NCBI GenBank assembly: GCA_050305135.1
Contig: JBNLET010000242.1
Location: 1 to 46,300, forward strand
Source of the DNA: Rhodocyclaceae bacterium
GTDB lineage: Bacteria; Pseudomonadota; Gammaproteobacteria; Burkholderiales; Rhodocyclaceae
Reading direction: 5' to 3'
Length of the DNA: 46,300 nt
Shown here: positions 10,519 to 21,955 of the stretch, piece by piece
How the letters are laid out: each line of letters starts with the position of its first letter
Position numbering within the stretch: position 1 is the first letter of the stretch
The notes under the pieces: generated by a model
Seen by the model: the letters and a program-made list of their open reading frames with translations, nothing else
Told to the model about the DNA's origin: nothing
The model's database searches: none
Translations under genes and position numbers: made by a program

Positions 10519-11534
10519 CCGGCCGGGTGCTGATCCTGCATGCCGGCGGCACGATCGGCATGGCACCCTCGCCGCAGGGCTACAAGCCGGTCGGCGGCTT
10601 TGCGCAGCGCCTGCGCGAAAGGCTGGATGCGCAGGCCGGCGCGGCGTTGCCGGAGTTCGATCTGATCGAGCTGGCGCAGCCGATCGACAGCGCCGACCTG
10701 CGGCCCTCGCACTGGCCGGCGATCGCCCGGGCACTCGTCGAGCGCTGGCACGACTACGACGGCTTCGTCGTGCTGCACGGCACCGACACGATGGCCTGGA
10801 GCGCCTCGGCTCTGTCCTTCATGCTGCGCGGCTGCGACAAGCCGGTGATCTTCACCGGCGCACAGATCCCGCTGGCGCAACCGCGCAGCGACGCGCTGGC
10901 CAACGTCGAGGGCGCGCTGCTGTTCGCCGGCGCGCAGCCGGTGCGCGAGGTTGGCCTGTTCTTCGGCCGCCGGCTGCTGCGCGGCAACCGCAGCCGCAAG
11001 ATGTGCAGCGCGCGGCTGGACGCCTTCGACTCGCCCAATTGCCTGCCGCTGGCCGAGTTGGGCGTCGACGTCGAAGTGCGGCGGAGCAGCCTGCCGGCCG
11101 GCGCAGCGCGGCAGTTCTTCGTGCCGCAGTTCGACGACCGGGCGGTGGCCGTGCTGAGCCTGCATCCGGGCGTCTCGGCCGGCGCGGTCGACGCGATCGT
11201 CGCCGACGAACGCGTGCGCGGCCTGATCCTGGCGAGCTACGGCGTCGGCAACGGGCCGCATTCGGATGCCGCTTTCACGGCCGCACTGGCCCGCGCAGCG
11301 CAGCGCGGCGTGGTGATCGCCAACACCAGCCAGTGCCCCTACGGCGGCGTCAGCCAACAGGTTTATGCGAGCGGCGCGGCGCTGGCCGAGCTGGGCGTGC
11401 TGTCGGCCGGCGACATGACGCCCGAGGCCGCGTTCGCCAAGCTGCACGTGCTGCTGGCCGGCGGCGGCGACGGCGCGACGCTGCGCGCGGATTTCATGGC
11501 GTCGCTGTGCGGCGAGCGCGACCTGCAACAGTGA
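10515..11534 (+). CDS. ansA: L-asparaginase, type I (cytoplasmic)
   Basis: 339 aa from the ATG at 10515 (ATGA overlap with the aspA stop). The start is MTGRVLILHAGGTIGM, which contains the catalytic TGGTIG threonine motif, and HGTDTMAWSA is also present. Only this stretch of the 1308-aa frame is real. Confidence 0.9.
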   Translation: MTGRVLILHAGGTIGMAPSPQGYKPVGGFAQRLRERLDAQAGAALPEFDLIELAQPIDSADLRPSHWPAIARALVERWHDYDGFVVLHGTDTMAWSASALSFMLRGCDKPVIFTGAQIPLAQPRSDALANVEGALLFAGAQPVREVGLFFGRRLLRGNRSRKMCSARLDAFDSPNCLPLAELGVDVEVRRSSLPAGAARQFFVPQFDDRAVAVLSLHPGVSAGAVDAIVADERVRGLILASYGVGNGPHSDAAFTAALARAAQRGVVIANTSQCPYGGVSQQVYASGAALAELGVLSAGDMTPEAAFAKLHVLLAGGGDGATLRADFMASLCGERDLQQ

Positions 11535-12013
11535 GCCGACGGCGGTGGGCAGGGCGGCTCTGCACCGTCGCAGTACTACTCCAGCATTGCGCGCAAGCGC
11601 GGATCATCGCCTCCTTCGGCACGCCCGCAGCTTCCGGCATCCACGGCCATTGAGCCGTATTGGAACACTGCGCCCACTTGGCCGTGGGCGGTGTAACGCA
11701 TTGGAACGCGCCGACATCGGCGATCCGCGCTGCCTGCCCACGGCAGGCTCCGCGCCGGCGCCGACGGCCGTTCCGGCGGCTGCGCGGACGGCAAGGCGAT
11801 TCGCGCTGCCGGCCGGTACCGAGGCGGGCGCGCGAGCGACATAGGGCTCAAGTTATCGGGCGCGGGACCGATCCGTGCTAGTAACCCGGTCGGGACAGAC
11901 CCACAAAGCCGCAGCTGGAAGAGCGCCTGGGTGTGTCCCGCTTGGGATTACCAGACCGAAAGAGTGCCTTGCAGGTGGACACTGGCAGAGAGACGCATGC
12001 GCCACGCGTGAAG

Positions 12014-13138
12014 ATGGCGAGCAGTCGTCGTACCGAGCCCGACGAGGCGGTGCGGGAACTGGCGCGCGAGATCGCCCAGCCGGATGCCGGACTGGTGATC
12101 GTGTTCGCGTCTTCGGCCTTCGAGCTGGACCGTCTGGCGGCCCAACTGGCGGGGGCCTTCGGGTCCGCGACGGTGATCGGCTGCACGACCGCCGGTGAAT
12201 TCGGGCCGAACGGCTACCTCGAGGGCAGCCTGTCGGGGGTCAGCATCCACCGCGACGACCTGCAGTTCGAAGTGGGCCTGATCGCCGACCTGTCGCAGTT
12301 GGAATTCCGAGCGGCGCAGGCCTTCGCGCAGGACTTGACGGAACGGCTGCAGCAGCGCGTACCGCAGCTTGCGCCCGAGGACGCCTTCGCGTTCATGATG
12401 ATCGACGGCCTGTGCATGCGCGAGGAGGCGGTCGCGCGGGCCTTCTACGACGGCCTCGGCGGCATCGCGCTGGCCGGTGGGTCGGCCGGCGACGATCTGG
12501 CCTTCGTGCGTACCGCGGTGCTGTGCGATGGACGCTTCGTCAGCGACGCGGCGCTGCTGCTGGTGGCGACCACGCCGCACCCGTTCTCGGTCTTCAAGAC
12601 GCAGCACTTCGTCTGCGGCGACGAGCGGCTGGTGGTGACCGGCGCGATCCCCACCGAACGCATCGTGACCGAGATCAACGGATGCCCCGCCGCCGAGGAA
12701 TACGCCCGGGCCGTGGGGCTGCAGATGGATCGCCTCAACCCGATGATGTTCGCAGCCCACCCGGTGGTGGTGCGCATCGGCAACGCGGATTTCGTGCGCT
12801 CGATCCAGAAGGTGAATCCGGACGGCTCGCTGACCTTCTATTGCGCGATCGACGAAGGCATCGTCTTCCGGGTGGCGAGCGGCATCGACCTGATCGACAA
12901 CCTGGAAAGCTCCCTCGAACAGGTCGCGGCCCGGGTCGGGCCGCCGGCGCTGATTCTCGGCTGCGACTGCGTGCTGCGCCAGCTCGAGTCCAGGCAACGC
13001 CAGATCCGCGACCGGGTGGGGGCGCTGCTGGCGAAACACCACGCGCTCGGCTTCAGCACCTACGGCGAGCAATACTGCGGCCTGCACATCAACCAGACCT
13101 TCACCGGCATCGCGATCGGCCGGCGGGGCCCGAGATGA
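12014..13138 (+). CDS. FIST-domain sensor protein (FIST_N + FIST_C)
   Basis: About 374 aa. [38 protein letters not shown] is typical FIST N-terminus. The start is uncertain: a GTG at 11933 with a GGAAGAG RBS is an alternative. The stop overlaps the downstream GGDEF-EAL gene start (ATGA at 13135). Confidence 0.7.
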   Translation: MASSRRTEPDEAVRELAREIAQPDAGLVIVFASSAFELDRLAAQLAGAFGSATVIGCTTAGEFGPNGYLEGSLSGVSIHRDDLQFEVGLIADLSQLEFRAAQAFAQDLTERLQQRVPQLAPEDAFAFMMIDGLCMREEAVARAFYDGLGGIALAGGSAGDDLAFVRTAVLCDGRFVSDAALLLVATTPHPFSVFKTQHFVCGDERLVVTGAIPTERIVTEINGCPAAEEYARAVGLQMDRLNPMMFAAHPVVVRIGNADFVRSIQKVNPDGSLTFYCAIDEGIVFRVASGIDLIDNLESSLEQVAARVGPPALILGCDCVLRQLESRQRQIRDRVGALLAKHHALGFSTYGEQYCGLHINQTFTGIAIGRRGPR

Positions 13139-16100
13139 ATGTCGGCATGCTGTCGCTGCGCTGCGACCCGGAGGATGCGGCCGGCCTGCGCGACGAGATC
13201 TCGCGCCGCGATCGGATCATCGGCGCGCTGATCCACCAGGTCGAGCACAACCTCAATACGCTCGATACTGATTTCGGTCTGCTGCAGAACACCTACGTGC
13301 TCGAAGAGCAGGTGCGGGCCCGCACCGACGAACTGACGCGCCTGCTGCGCGAACTCGAAGCGGCCCGCAACGACGCCGAGGCCGCCAGCACCCGGCTCGA
13401 GACGGCCGTGGAATGCATCTTCGAAGGTTTCGCGCTGTTCGACCCGGAAGACCGCCTGCTGCTTTGCAACGAGGCGTTCCGACGGCTGTGGGGCTTCGAT
13501 GGCGAGGAGCGCGGGCGCAGCTTCGACGAACTGCTGGCGCTGGCCGGCGAGCGCGTCGGCGGCCTCGACGAGGCGTGGCTGCAAACGCGCCTCGAGGCGC
13601 ATCGCGCCGGCACCGGCAGCGACGAGTACGGCCTGCCTTGCGGGCGCTATCTGCAGGTGCGCGAGCGGCGTACCGCCGACGGCTGGACGGTCGGGATCTA
13701 CACCGACGTCACCGACATCAAGGCCGAAGAGGCCCGCTTGCGGCAGCAGCAACTGGCGGAAAAGACGCGCCTGCTGCAATCGACGCTGGACGCCATCGTG
13801 CAGGGGATCGCGGTGTTCGAGCGCGAACTTCGGCTGGCGGCCTGGAACAGCAACTTCTTCGCGCTGCACGACCTGCCGCCCGGCCTGGCCAGGGAAGGCA
13901 CGCCGCTGCAGGAGCTGCTGGCGCTCGATCCGGAGCTGGTTTCGGTGACTCGGTCCGAGTCGGACGTCGAGCGCCGGCGGTTCGACGGCATCGAGCGGTT
14001 CGAGCGCGACCTGGCGTCGGGGCGGGTGGTGGAGCAGTTCCGCTCGCCGATGCCAGACGGCGGCTTCGTCATCACCACCACCGACGTCACCGAACGCCGG
14101 CGCATCGAACGACAGGTGCGCGAACTGCTCGAGCACCAGCAGGTGATCTTCGACAACGCCCAAGTGGGCATCGTGTTCGTGCGCGAGCGCTGCATCGTCT
14201 CCTGCAACCAGCACATGGCCGAGATCTTCGGCTTCGAGGGCACCTCCGAGCTGATCGGCCGGGCAACCCGCATGCTGTACCCGAGCGAGGACTTGTGGGA
14301 AGCGGACGGCCGGGAGTGCTACGACGAACTGGCAAAGGTCGGCAGCAGCGACCGGGAGATCCTGCTGCAGCGTTGCGACGGGGCGCCGCTGTGGATTCGC
14401 CGCACCGGTCGGCCGGTCGATCCGAAGCGGCCGCAGGAAGGTTCGATCTGGGTCTTCTCCGACATCTCGAAGATGAAGCGCAGCGAGGAACAGCTGCGCC
14501 TCTCCCGGATCCTGTTCGAGAACAGCAACGAGGGCCTGGTGGTCACCGATGCCGACAACCGCATCCTCAGCGTCAATCGGGCCTACAGCAGACTGACCGG
14601 CTATAGCGCCGAGGAAGTCATCGGCCGGCGGCCCAACGTCACCAAGTCGGACGCCCATCCGCCCGAGTTCTACCGCGAAATGTGGCGCAGCCTGCTGGAG
14701 AACGGGCACTGGTCGGGCGAGATCTTCGATCGCCGCAAGGGCGGCAAGGTGTTCCCGAAGTGGCTGACGATCGGCGTCGTGCGGGACGAGGCGGGCGAGA
14801 TCTCGAACTACGTGGCGTCCTTCTCGGACATCACGGACCGCAAGGCGGCGGAAAAGAAGATCCGCTACATGGCCCACCACGACGGCTTGACCGGCTTGCC
14901 GAACCGGGTCCTGCTGCGCGACCGCTTCGATCAACTGCACCTGCACATCGCGCGCGAAGGCGGGACGCTGGCGATGTGCTTCCTCGACCTCGACCACTTC
15001 AAGCGCGTCAATGACACCTACGGCCATCGCTGCGGCGATCAACTGATCGTCGAGACCGCGCATCGCATCACCGGCTGCCTGCGCCAGTCGGACACGGTGG
15101 CGCGGCTCGGCGGCGACGAGTTCATCATCCTGCTCGGCAGCCGCCAGTCACCCGCGCAGTTCGCCCGCGTGGTGCAGAAGATCCAGCTGGCGCTGGACCG
15201 GCCGGTCGAAATCGACGGTCACCTGTACACCAACTCCGCCTCGATCGGCATCGCCGTGTGCCCGAACGACGGCAGCGACTTCGACACGCTGCTGCAGAGG
15301 GCCGACACGGCGATGTACCACGCCAAGAGCAGCGGCCGTTCGACCTACAGCTTCTTCGATCCGCACATGAATCGCGATACGGCGATGCGCCTGAGCATGT
15401 CGCAGCGCCTGCGCGGCGCGCTCGGCAACGGCGAGCTGCGGCTGGTCTATCAGCCGCAGCACTCGCTGCCGGAGCAGCGCATCGTCGGGGCCGAGGCCTT
15501 GCTGCGCTGGCGCTCGCCGGTGTGCGGCGAAACGCCGCCCGACCAGTTCATCCCGATCGCCGAGGAGAGCGGGCTGATCGTGCCGATCGGCGAGTGGGTG
15601 CTGCGCCAGGCGCTGCGCCAGGCGCGCGACTGGCACGACCGGGGCTTGATGCTGCGCGTCGCCGTGAACGTGTCGGGGCTGCAGATCCGGCGCGAAGATT
15701 TCGTCCAGGTGCTGGAACGGATCCTGGCCGAGACCGGGGTGGATCCCCAGCTGGTCGAGATCGAGCTGACCGAATCCACGATGATGGGCGACACCGAAGC
15801 GATCCAGAACACCTTCGACCAGATCCGGCGTCTCGGCGTCACGCTGGCGATCGACGACTTCGGCACCGGCTATTCGAGCCTCGCCTACCTGCGCCGCTTC
15901 CACGTCAGCCGGCTGAAGATCGACAAGTCCTTCATCCGCGATCTGTCGTCCGACGGCGAGAGCAGCGTCATCGCGCAGGCCATCATCCACATGGCGCACT
16001 CGCTGCGGCTGAAGGTCGTCGCCGAAGGGGTCGAGACCGCCGAGCAGCTGGCCTTCCTGAAGGGTGTCGGCTGCGACGACGCGCAAGGCTATCTGCTGGG

Positions 16101-16158
16101 CCGGCCAACGACGCCGGGGGAACTCGAAGCGGCCGCCCAAGGCGCGCTCGGCGCGTAG
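13135..16158 (+). CDS. multi-PAS sensor diguanylate cyclase/phosphodiesterase (PAS-PAC x3-4, GGDEF, EAL)
   Basis: 1007 aa. The GGDEF domain carries the catalytic RLGGDEF motif. The EAL domain has EALLRW and [10 protein letters not shown]. Several PAS/PAC blocks precede them. Confidence 0.9.
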   Translation: MNVGMLSLRCDPEDAAGLRDEISRRDRIIGALIHQVEHNLNTLDTDFGLLQNTYVLEEQVRARTDELTRLLRELEAARNDAEAASTRLETAVECIFEGFALFDPEDRLLLCNEAFRRLWGFDGEERGRSFDELLALAGERVGGLDEAWLQTRLEAHRAGTGSDEYGLPCGRYLQVRERRTADGWTVGIYTDVTDIKAEEARLRQQQLAEKTRLLQSTLDAIVQGIAVFERELRLAAWNSNFFALHDLPPGLAREGTPLQELLALDPELVSVTRSESDVERRRFDGIERFERDLASGRVVEQFRSPMPDGGFVITTTDVTERRRIERQVRELLEHQQVIFDNAQVGIVFVRERCIVSCNQHMAEIFGFEGTSELIGRATRMLYPSEDLWEADGRECYDELAKVGSSDREILLQRCDGAPLWIRRTGRPVDPKRPQEGSIWVFSDISKMKRSEEQLRLSRILFENSNEGLVVTDADNRILSVNRAYSRLTGYSAEEVIGRRPNVTKSDAHPPEFYREMWRSLLENGHWSGEIFDRRKGGKVFPKWLTIGVVRDEAGEISNYVASFSDITDRKAAEKKIRYMAHHDGLTGLPNRVLLRDRFDQLHLHIAREGGTLAMCFLDLDHFKRVNDTYGHRCGDQLIVETAHRITGCLRQSDTVARLGGDEFIILLGSRQSPAQFARVVQKIQLALDRPVEIDGHLYTNSASIGIAVCPNDGSDFDTLLQRADTAMYHAKSSGRSTYSFFDPHMNRDTAMRLSMSQRLRGALGNGELRLVYQPQHSLPEQRIVGAEALLRWRSPVCGETPPDQFIPIAEESGLIVPIGEWVLRQALRQARDWHDRGLMLRVAVNVSGLQIRREDFVQVLERILAETGVDPQLVEIELTESTMMGDTEAIQNTFDQIRRLGVTLAIDDFGTGYSSLAYLRRFHVSRLKIDKSFIRDLSSDGESSVIAQAIIHMAHSLRLKVVAEGVETAEQLAFLKGVGCDDAQGYLLGRPTTPGELEAAAQGALGA

Positions 16159-16215
16159 CGGCGAGCGCGGTCGATCGCAGCCGGGCCGTGCGCGCCGGCG
16201 ACAGCGCTATCATGA

Positions 16216-16740
<525 letters not shown>

Positions 16741-16741
16741 G

Positions 16742-17218
16742 ATGCAGGTCTCGGTCGATCTGGCTGCGCAGCGCCTCGACCTGTTCGACGACGAAGGCGT
16801 GCTGATCCGCCGCTACCCGGTATCGACCTCCGGCAAGGGGCCGGGCGAGCAATTCGATTCCGGCTGCACGCCACGCGGCCTGCACGTGCTGCGGGCCCGC
16901 ATCGGCGCAGGCTGCGACCCCTACGCGGTATTCCGCGGCCGCCGGCCGACCGGCGAGCGCTGGTCGCCGCAACTGGCGCGGGCGCATCCGGAGCGCGACT
17001 GGATACTGGGCCGGATCCTGTGGCTGTCGGGTTGCGAACCGGGCTTCAACCGCCTCGGCACGGTGGACACGATGCGCCGCTACATCTACATCCACGGCAC
17101 CGGCGACGACCAGCCGATGGGCCGGCCGCTGTCCCACGGCTGCATCCGCATGCGGGTGGCCGACGTGGTCGAGCTGTTCGAGCTAGTGCCGGCCGGCACG
17201 CGGGTGCGGATCGCCTGA
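16742..17218 (+). CDS. L,D-transpeptidase (YkuD) family protein
   Basis: 158 aa with the catalytic motif SHGCIRM near the C-terminus. Confidence 0.8.
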   Translation: MQVSVDLAAQRLDLFDDEGVLIRRYPVSTSGKGPGEQFDSGCTPRGLHVLRARIGAGCDPYAVFRGRRPTGERWSPQLARAHPERDWILGRILWLSGCEPGFNRLGTVDTMRRYIYIHGTGDDQPMGRPLSHGCIRMRVADVVELFELVPAGTRVRIA

Positions 17219-17401
17219 AGCGCTCGCGGCGGCAGCGTCGCGCTGGACCACGCCGGCATTCCGTCGGGCGGGATTCGTCCGAACCCGAGACGCAACCGCG
17301 TTACCGAAAAATATTCCCCGAGCTTGGAGAAAGAGATGGCGCCGGTATTTGCTGCGCGTCCGGATTTCTTCGCCGGCGCAGGCCGCTCGCAGCGGGGCGC
17401 G

Positions 17402-18379
17402 TCAGGACTGCTGGTCGAGCGGGCTCTCGATCTGCCTCCGATAGGCGCCGGGCGGCAGGCCGAACTCGCGCTTGAAGGCGCGGCTGAAAGCGGCTTCCGA
17501 CGTGTAGCCGGTGTCGAACGCCACCTCGATCACCGATTTGCGAGTTGTTTGCAGAAGTCGCGCCGCCAGTTGCAGCCGCCAGCGCGCAAGGTAGGCCATG
17601 GGCGGTTCGCCGAGAAAACGGGTGAAGCGGTCAGCGAGGACGCTGCGGGCGGCGCCGGCCTCCTGGGCAAGCCCACCGAGCGTCCAGGCCCGGCAGGGAT
17701 CTCGGTGGATCAGCGCCAGCGCGGCGCCGACTACCGGGTCACGGGCGCCGGCGAGCCAGCCGGTCTGCTCGGGCGGCAAGGTCTCCATGTGGCGGCGGAG
17801 CGTCTCGATGAAGAGCGCCTCCGCCATTCTGGAGAGGAGCGCGGACCGCCCCGGGCGTCCAGAAGCGGCTTCCGACAGGAGATGCAGGATGGAGCTTTCC
17901 AGCCAGGCACCCGTGTCGCCGTCGCGGACGTTGACGGTGACCACCTTCGGGAGGCCCGCCAAGAACAAGCGTTCGGCATGACGTTCGCACCCAAAATAGC
18001 CGCAAACGAAGCGTGTCACCTCGCCACCGCCACCAATCCGATACGTCGCGAGTTCGCCCGTGAGATTGCACTGCACCGATGCGCGGCTGTCGGTCAAGGT
18101 CCGCGGATGGCCGCGACTGACGGTATGCGGGTCGCCGTGGGGAACAATGACCACGTCGCCGGCGGTCAGTTTCCTTTCGGGCTCGCCCTCGAAGGCAACG
18201 GTTGCCTGCCCGTCTGCAACAAGATGATAGCCGACCAGCCGCTCGGTCCCCGGCGCGAGCAAATGGGCCACGTCCCGCATTGGCGGCACCGCGAAGCCCC
18301 ACGGCGCGGTGCAGATCGCGTCATAAAATATGGCGGCGGTCATTCTCACTGACGCCAGGGCTTCAGAAAGTGCGTCCAT
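17402..18379 (-). CDS. AraC-family transcriptional regulator (cupin N-domain + HTH_AraC)
   Basis: 325 aa with the C-terminal tandem HTH …VIEVAFDTGYTSEAAFSRAFKREFGLPPGAYRR. Confidence 0.85.
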   Translation of the reverse strand: MDALSEALASVRMTAAIFYDAICTAPWGFAVPPMRDVAHLLAPGTERLVGYHLVADGQATVAFEGEPERKLTAGDVVIVPHGDPHTVSRGHPRTLTDSRASVQCNLTGELATYRIGGGGEVTRFVCGYFGCERHAERLFLAGLPKVVTVNVRDGDTGAWLESSILHLLSEAASGRPGRSALLSRMAEALFIETLRRHMETLPPEQTGWLAGARDPVVGAALALIHRDPCRAWTLGGLAQEAGAARSVLADRFTRFLGEPPMAYLARWRLQLAARLLQTTRKSVIEVAFDTGYTSEAAFSRAFKREFGLPPGAYRRQIESPLDQQS

Positions 18380-18575
18380 GGCCCAAATTCACCTCAACCC
18401 GCCTGCAAGTAATTGCGGACCCCCGGCAAAACCGCCAACCCTCCGCTCCACTATGCTCCAACCACTTCGGGATCGCATCCGGTCAACCCGAACGAAACCC
18501 GCCAGAACCGGCATGCACGGGTCCTACTGGAATCTTTCCCACGCGTGCCATTGCCAGCGAGTCAGGAGATACACC

Positions 18576-19472
18576 ATGTGCGCAAGTTCGTCTATCCGGA
18601 GCTCCCATCATCCGGCCACGGGTGAGGAAGCGCGGGAACGCCTCATCGCGACGATGCCCGTCACCGAGCTCGGGCTCACTCTCTCCGGCGTCGAGACGCC
18701 GGTCCTCGAGGGTGGAGAAGGCTCGCCGCTCGTCCTCCTGCACGGACCAGGGGAATACGCGGCGAAATGGTTCACGGTCATCCCCGCGTTGGTCGGGTCG
18801 CACCGGGTCGTCGCGCCTGACCTCCCGGGGCACGGTCGGTCGGTGGCGTCGGAAGGCGCCATAGACGCCGACCGCGTGCTCGATTGGCTCGATGCCCTGA
18901 TCGACGCCACCTGCTGCGAACCGCCGACGCTCGTCGGGCAGACACTCGGCGGAGCAATCGCGGCACGTTACGCCGGTCGAAGTGGCGCGCGGCTCGGTCG
19001 CCTGGTGCTTTGCGACTCCCTCGGCCTGACAGACTTCGCGCCGGCGCCCGCATTCGAGCGCGCGCTTGCCGCCTACATGGCGCGGCCGGATAACAAGACG
19101 CACGATGCTTTGTGGCGCCACTGCGCGCTCGATCTCGGCCGTCTGAGCGCGGGCCTGGGCGAATCCTGGGACTTGATGCGCGCCTATGCCATTGACCGCG
19201 CCAACGCAGCAGAGCTACGCCACACCTGGAATGCTCTGATGGAGGAATTCGGCCTGCCCGCGATCCCATCAGAGGAACTCGAACGCATCGCCGTTCCAAC
19301 AGCGCTGATCTGGGGTCGCGAAGATAGGGCGATCCCGCTCGCCGCGGCCGAGGCCGCGAGCGCCCGCTACGGCTGGCCTCTCCACATCGTCGAGGACGCC
19401 GCCGATGACCCCGCCATCGAGCAGCCGACAGACTTTGTCCGGGCGCTCCGGCGCGCCTTGCTCACCTCCTGA
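18576..19472 (+). CDS. alpha/beta-fold hydrolase
   Basis: 298 aa from the ATG at 18576 with an AGGAGA RBS. HGPGEYAAKW forms the oxyanion region, GQTLGG is the nucleophile-elbow GxSxG variant, and His is the C-terminal catalytic residue. Confidence 0.8.
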   Translation: MCASSSIRSSHHPATGEEARERLIATMPVTELGLTLSGVETPVLEGGEGSPLVLLHGPGEYAAKWFTVIPALVGSHRVVAPDLPGHGRSVASEGAIDADRVLDWLDALIDATCCEPPTLVGQTLGGAIAARYAGRSGARLGRLVLCDSLGLTDFAPAPAFERALAAYMARPDNKTHDALWRHCALDLGRLSAGLGESWDLMRAYAIDRANAAELRHTWNALMEEFGLPAIPSEELERIAVPTALIWGREDRAIPLAAAEAASARYGWPLHIVEDAADDPAIEQPTDFVRALRRALLTS

Positions 19473-19486
19473 TGCGGAGAGACGCC

Positions 19487-20652
19487 ATGACATTCGCAGA
19501 TACCACGAAGCCGGCTATTGCAGCCGACGTTCTTGCCGCTGCGCACGGTCTTGGGCCCGCTATCGCTGGGCGCGGCGAAGAGATCGAACAGGCCCGCCGG
19601 CTCCCGTGCGACCTCGTGGACAACCTCGCGGCGGCCGGTTGCTTCCGCCTGCTGCTTCCCGCCTCCCATGGCGGGCTCGAAGCCGATCTGGCGGACTGGC
19701 TCCGATTGCTTGAGATTCTCGCCAGGTTCGACGCTTCGACGGCCTGGACCGTCATGATCGGGGGCGGGGCGTGGATCGATCTCGCAGGCTTGCCGCGCGC
19801 GACGTTCGACGACCTCTTCGCGGCGCGCACCGGTGTAATCTTTGCCGGCGTGTTCAGCCCCTCCGGCACGATCGCAGCCGTTCCGGGAGGATACCGTATC
19901 ACCGGCCGCTGGAGCTTCGCGAGCGGCTGCGAGCATGCCGACTGGCTGTACGGCAATGCCGTCGAAAGCGGCGCGGACAGGACACCGCCCCTGCGCCTCG
20001 CGCTTTTCGCGCCCGACCAAGTGACGGTCGAAGATACATGGCGCCGGCCGGCCTCGCGGGCACCGGCAGCCATCACTTCCATGTCGACGATCTCTTCGTG
20101 CCGGAGGATCGAACGCTTGTGCCGCTCCGCGATACGCCCTGCTTCGAGGCGGCCATCGCGCGTGTTCCGCCGCCCGCTCTGCTTGCGCTCTCTGTTGCTT
20201 CGGTCGCCATCGGCATCGGTCAAGGCGCGCTTGAAGACATTCTTGCGCTGGCGCCCGAAAAGACCCCGCTGCTTGCGGAGACGACCCTTGCCCGGAACAC
20301 CCGCTTCCAGTTCCAGATCGCAAACGGCGACGCCACGCTCCGCGCGGCACGATCGCTGCTCCGCGAAAGCGCCGAGGAGGCTTGGGCGGCAGCCGCCGCA
20401 GCCGAGCCACTCACGCTTCGCACCAGAGCGCGAATCCGCGCTGCCGCGGTGTGGGCGGTCGAGCACGCCGCTGACGTGGCGACGACCGCCCAGCGCGCCG
20501 CCGGGGCAAGCTCCGTGCCATTCTCCACGCCCCTCGCGCGACGGCTGCGCGACATGAATGTCCTGACGCAGCACTTCCTCGTGTCCTCCGACACGCTGAC
20601 GACCGCCGGCGCCGCTCTCGCGGGCGAGGACATCAAGGCCCAGGTGTTCTGA
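19487..20652 (+). pseudogene. acyl-CoA dehydrogenase-like flavoprotein split by a -1 frameshift near 20040
   Basis: The N-terminal 185 aa (frame of 19487) and the C-terminal ~200 aa (frame of 19771, …AGLAGTGSHHFHVDDLFVPEDR…) are adjacent segments of one acyl-CoA DH/AidB-like fold. They join at ..VEDTW|..AGLAGTGSHHF. Confidence 0.5.
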
Positions 20653-20908
20653 TCTCGTGGGCGGTCAGCGAGCCTTGGGCTTTCTGCAAACCCATAGCTG
20701 AAAGGCGATCCGATCAATTGGCTGGTCGGAGTCACCCTTTAGCCTTTGAAGGTGTCGGCTGGCCGGGTCGCCAAGCAACGATCAGGCGGTGACGGTTGGG
20801 GACCTATGAGCGGGAGGAAGTGGGCTGTAGCCGGGGGATGCCATCGCGGGGTGCCGCGAGGGGCGGGATCTGTCAGGAAGGGTTTGTCGGCGCGCGCGGC
20901 CTCGCCGA

Positions 20909-21673
20909 TCAGTCCGGCGCGATGGTCTCGACCACGCTCCCCGACGCGCTGCCGTTCTCGGCCCAGCTGCGTTCCTCGAAGCGGATGCTGCCGTCGGCGC
21001 TGAACAACAGCACGGTCGAACAACGCGTGCCGTAGCCCGGCGCGCGGATGAAGATGCTGGACAGCAGCCGCTCCCACTGCACGCCGACGCCGGTGACCGG
21101 CAGTGCTTCGTCGGCGGCCGGGCGGTCGCTGTGCAGCATTGCGAACAGCGGTTCGACGTCCGGCAGCTTGCTCAATGCGGCCTCCATGCTGCGCGATGCG
21201 AGTTGCTGCTTCGGCCAGCCGGCGTCCAGGCTGGCGTTGGAGAGGGCATGCACGCCCGGATCGATCACCCTGCCGGCGGCGCGCCGGCTCTCGAACACGC
21301 CCAGCGAGCTGCCGTCGAACATCAGCAGGTTGAAGCCGTTGAAGTGGCGGGCGCTGCGCGACAGCTCGCCGAAGGCCGCATCGAGGTCGCACTCGCGCGC
21401 CAGGAAATGGGGCACCAGGGCGCCGCGCGACGGCGCATTGGCACGCAGCGCGGCCGGATCGCGGTGGTTGGTCAGGGCCGCGAAGCGCCCCTCGCTGGTG
21501 ACGCCGAGCCAGGTGCCGCCGGCCTGCTCGTCCTGGCCGGCGAACAGCGCACGGCCCTGATGCTCCCACCAGCGGGCCGGACGGGCCGGACGGACGAAGA
21601 ACTCGTCCCGGTTGGCGGCGATCACGAGCGGGAAATCGGGATGGCTACGCCAGGCAATACTGATCAGACACAT
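20909..21673 (-). CDS. NRDE-family protein (DUF833, TANGO2-like)
   Basis: 254 aa starting MCLISIAW, with the NRDE motif at aa 21-24 (…VIAANRDEFFVRP…). Confidence 0.75.
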   Translation of the reverse strand: MCLISIAWRSHPDFPLVIAANRDEFFVRPARPARWWEHQGRALFAGQDEQAGGTWLGVTSEGRFAALTNHRDPAALRANAPSRGALVPHFLARECDLDAAFGELSRSARHFNGFNLLMFDGSSLGVFESRRAAGRVIDPGVHALSNASLDAGWPKQQLASRSMEAALSKLPDVEPLFAMLHSDRPAADEALPVTGVGVQWERLLSSIFIRAPGYGTRCSTVLLFSADGSIRFEERSWAENGSASGSVVETIAPD

Positions 21674-21948
21674 TCGAACCACTCCACGTGCCGGCGCGAG
21701 CCGGGCGACAGCTGGCGATCGAAGCCGATGGCCGCCAGCCGGGCGTCCAGCAGTGCCAGCAGGCGTTCGGGATCCCGCACTTCCGAATACACTTCCATCA
21801 GCGTGCCGTCGGCGGGCTTGCGCCGCAGGCCGGCCCGGCAATCGCAGGCCGCCGCCAGCTCGGCCTGGATCTCGTGCAGCAGCGGCAGCATGGCCTCGGC
21901 CGCCGCGGGCAGCAGCCGGTAGTAGACGTATAGCTCACCGCCGCTCAT
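21664..21948 (-). CDS. small conserved hypothetical protein (DUF4936-like); its stop overlaps the NRDE start by 10 bp
   Basis: 94 aa starting MSGGELYVYYRLLP. The ORF has the compact GC3-rich character of native genes. Confidence 0.5.
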   Translation of the reverse strand: MSGGELYVYYRLLPAAAEAMLPLLHEIQAELAAACDCRAGLRRKPADGTLMEVYSEVRDPERLLALLDARLAAIGFDRQLSPGSRRHVEWFECV

Positions 21949-21955
21949 CGGCGCT

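Noticed and set aside
11535-12013. Riboswitch (e.g. c-di-GMP class) in the long leader upstream of the FIST gene
   Set aside because: I could not find the conserved GEMM or other riboswitch consensus elements by eye. I kept it only as a generic long-leader observation, and a covariance-model scan is needed.
13060-15063. 667-aa minus-strand ORF
   Set aside because: It is antisense to the PAS-GGDEF-EAL gene and has no motifs.
17324-18352. 342-aa plus-strand ORF overlapping the AraC gene
   Set aside because: The AraC-family reading on the minus strand has unmistakable HTH_AraC motifs. The plus-strand frame is low complexity.
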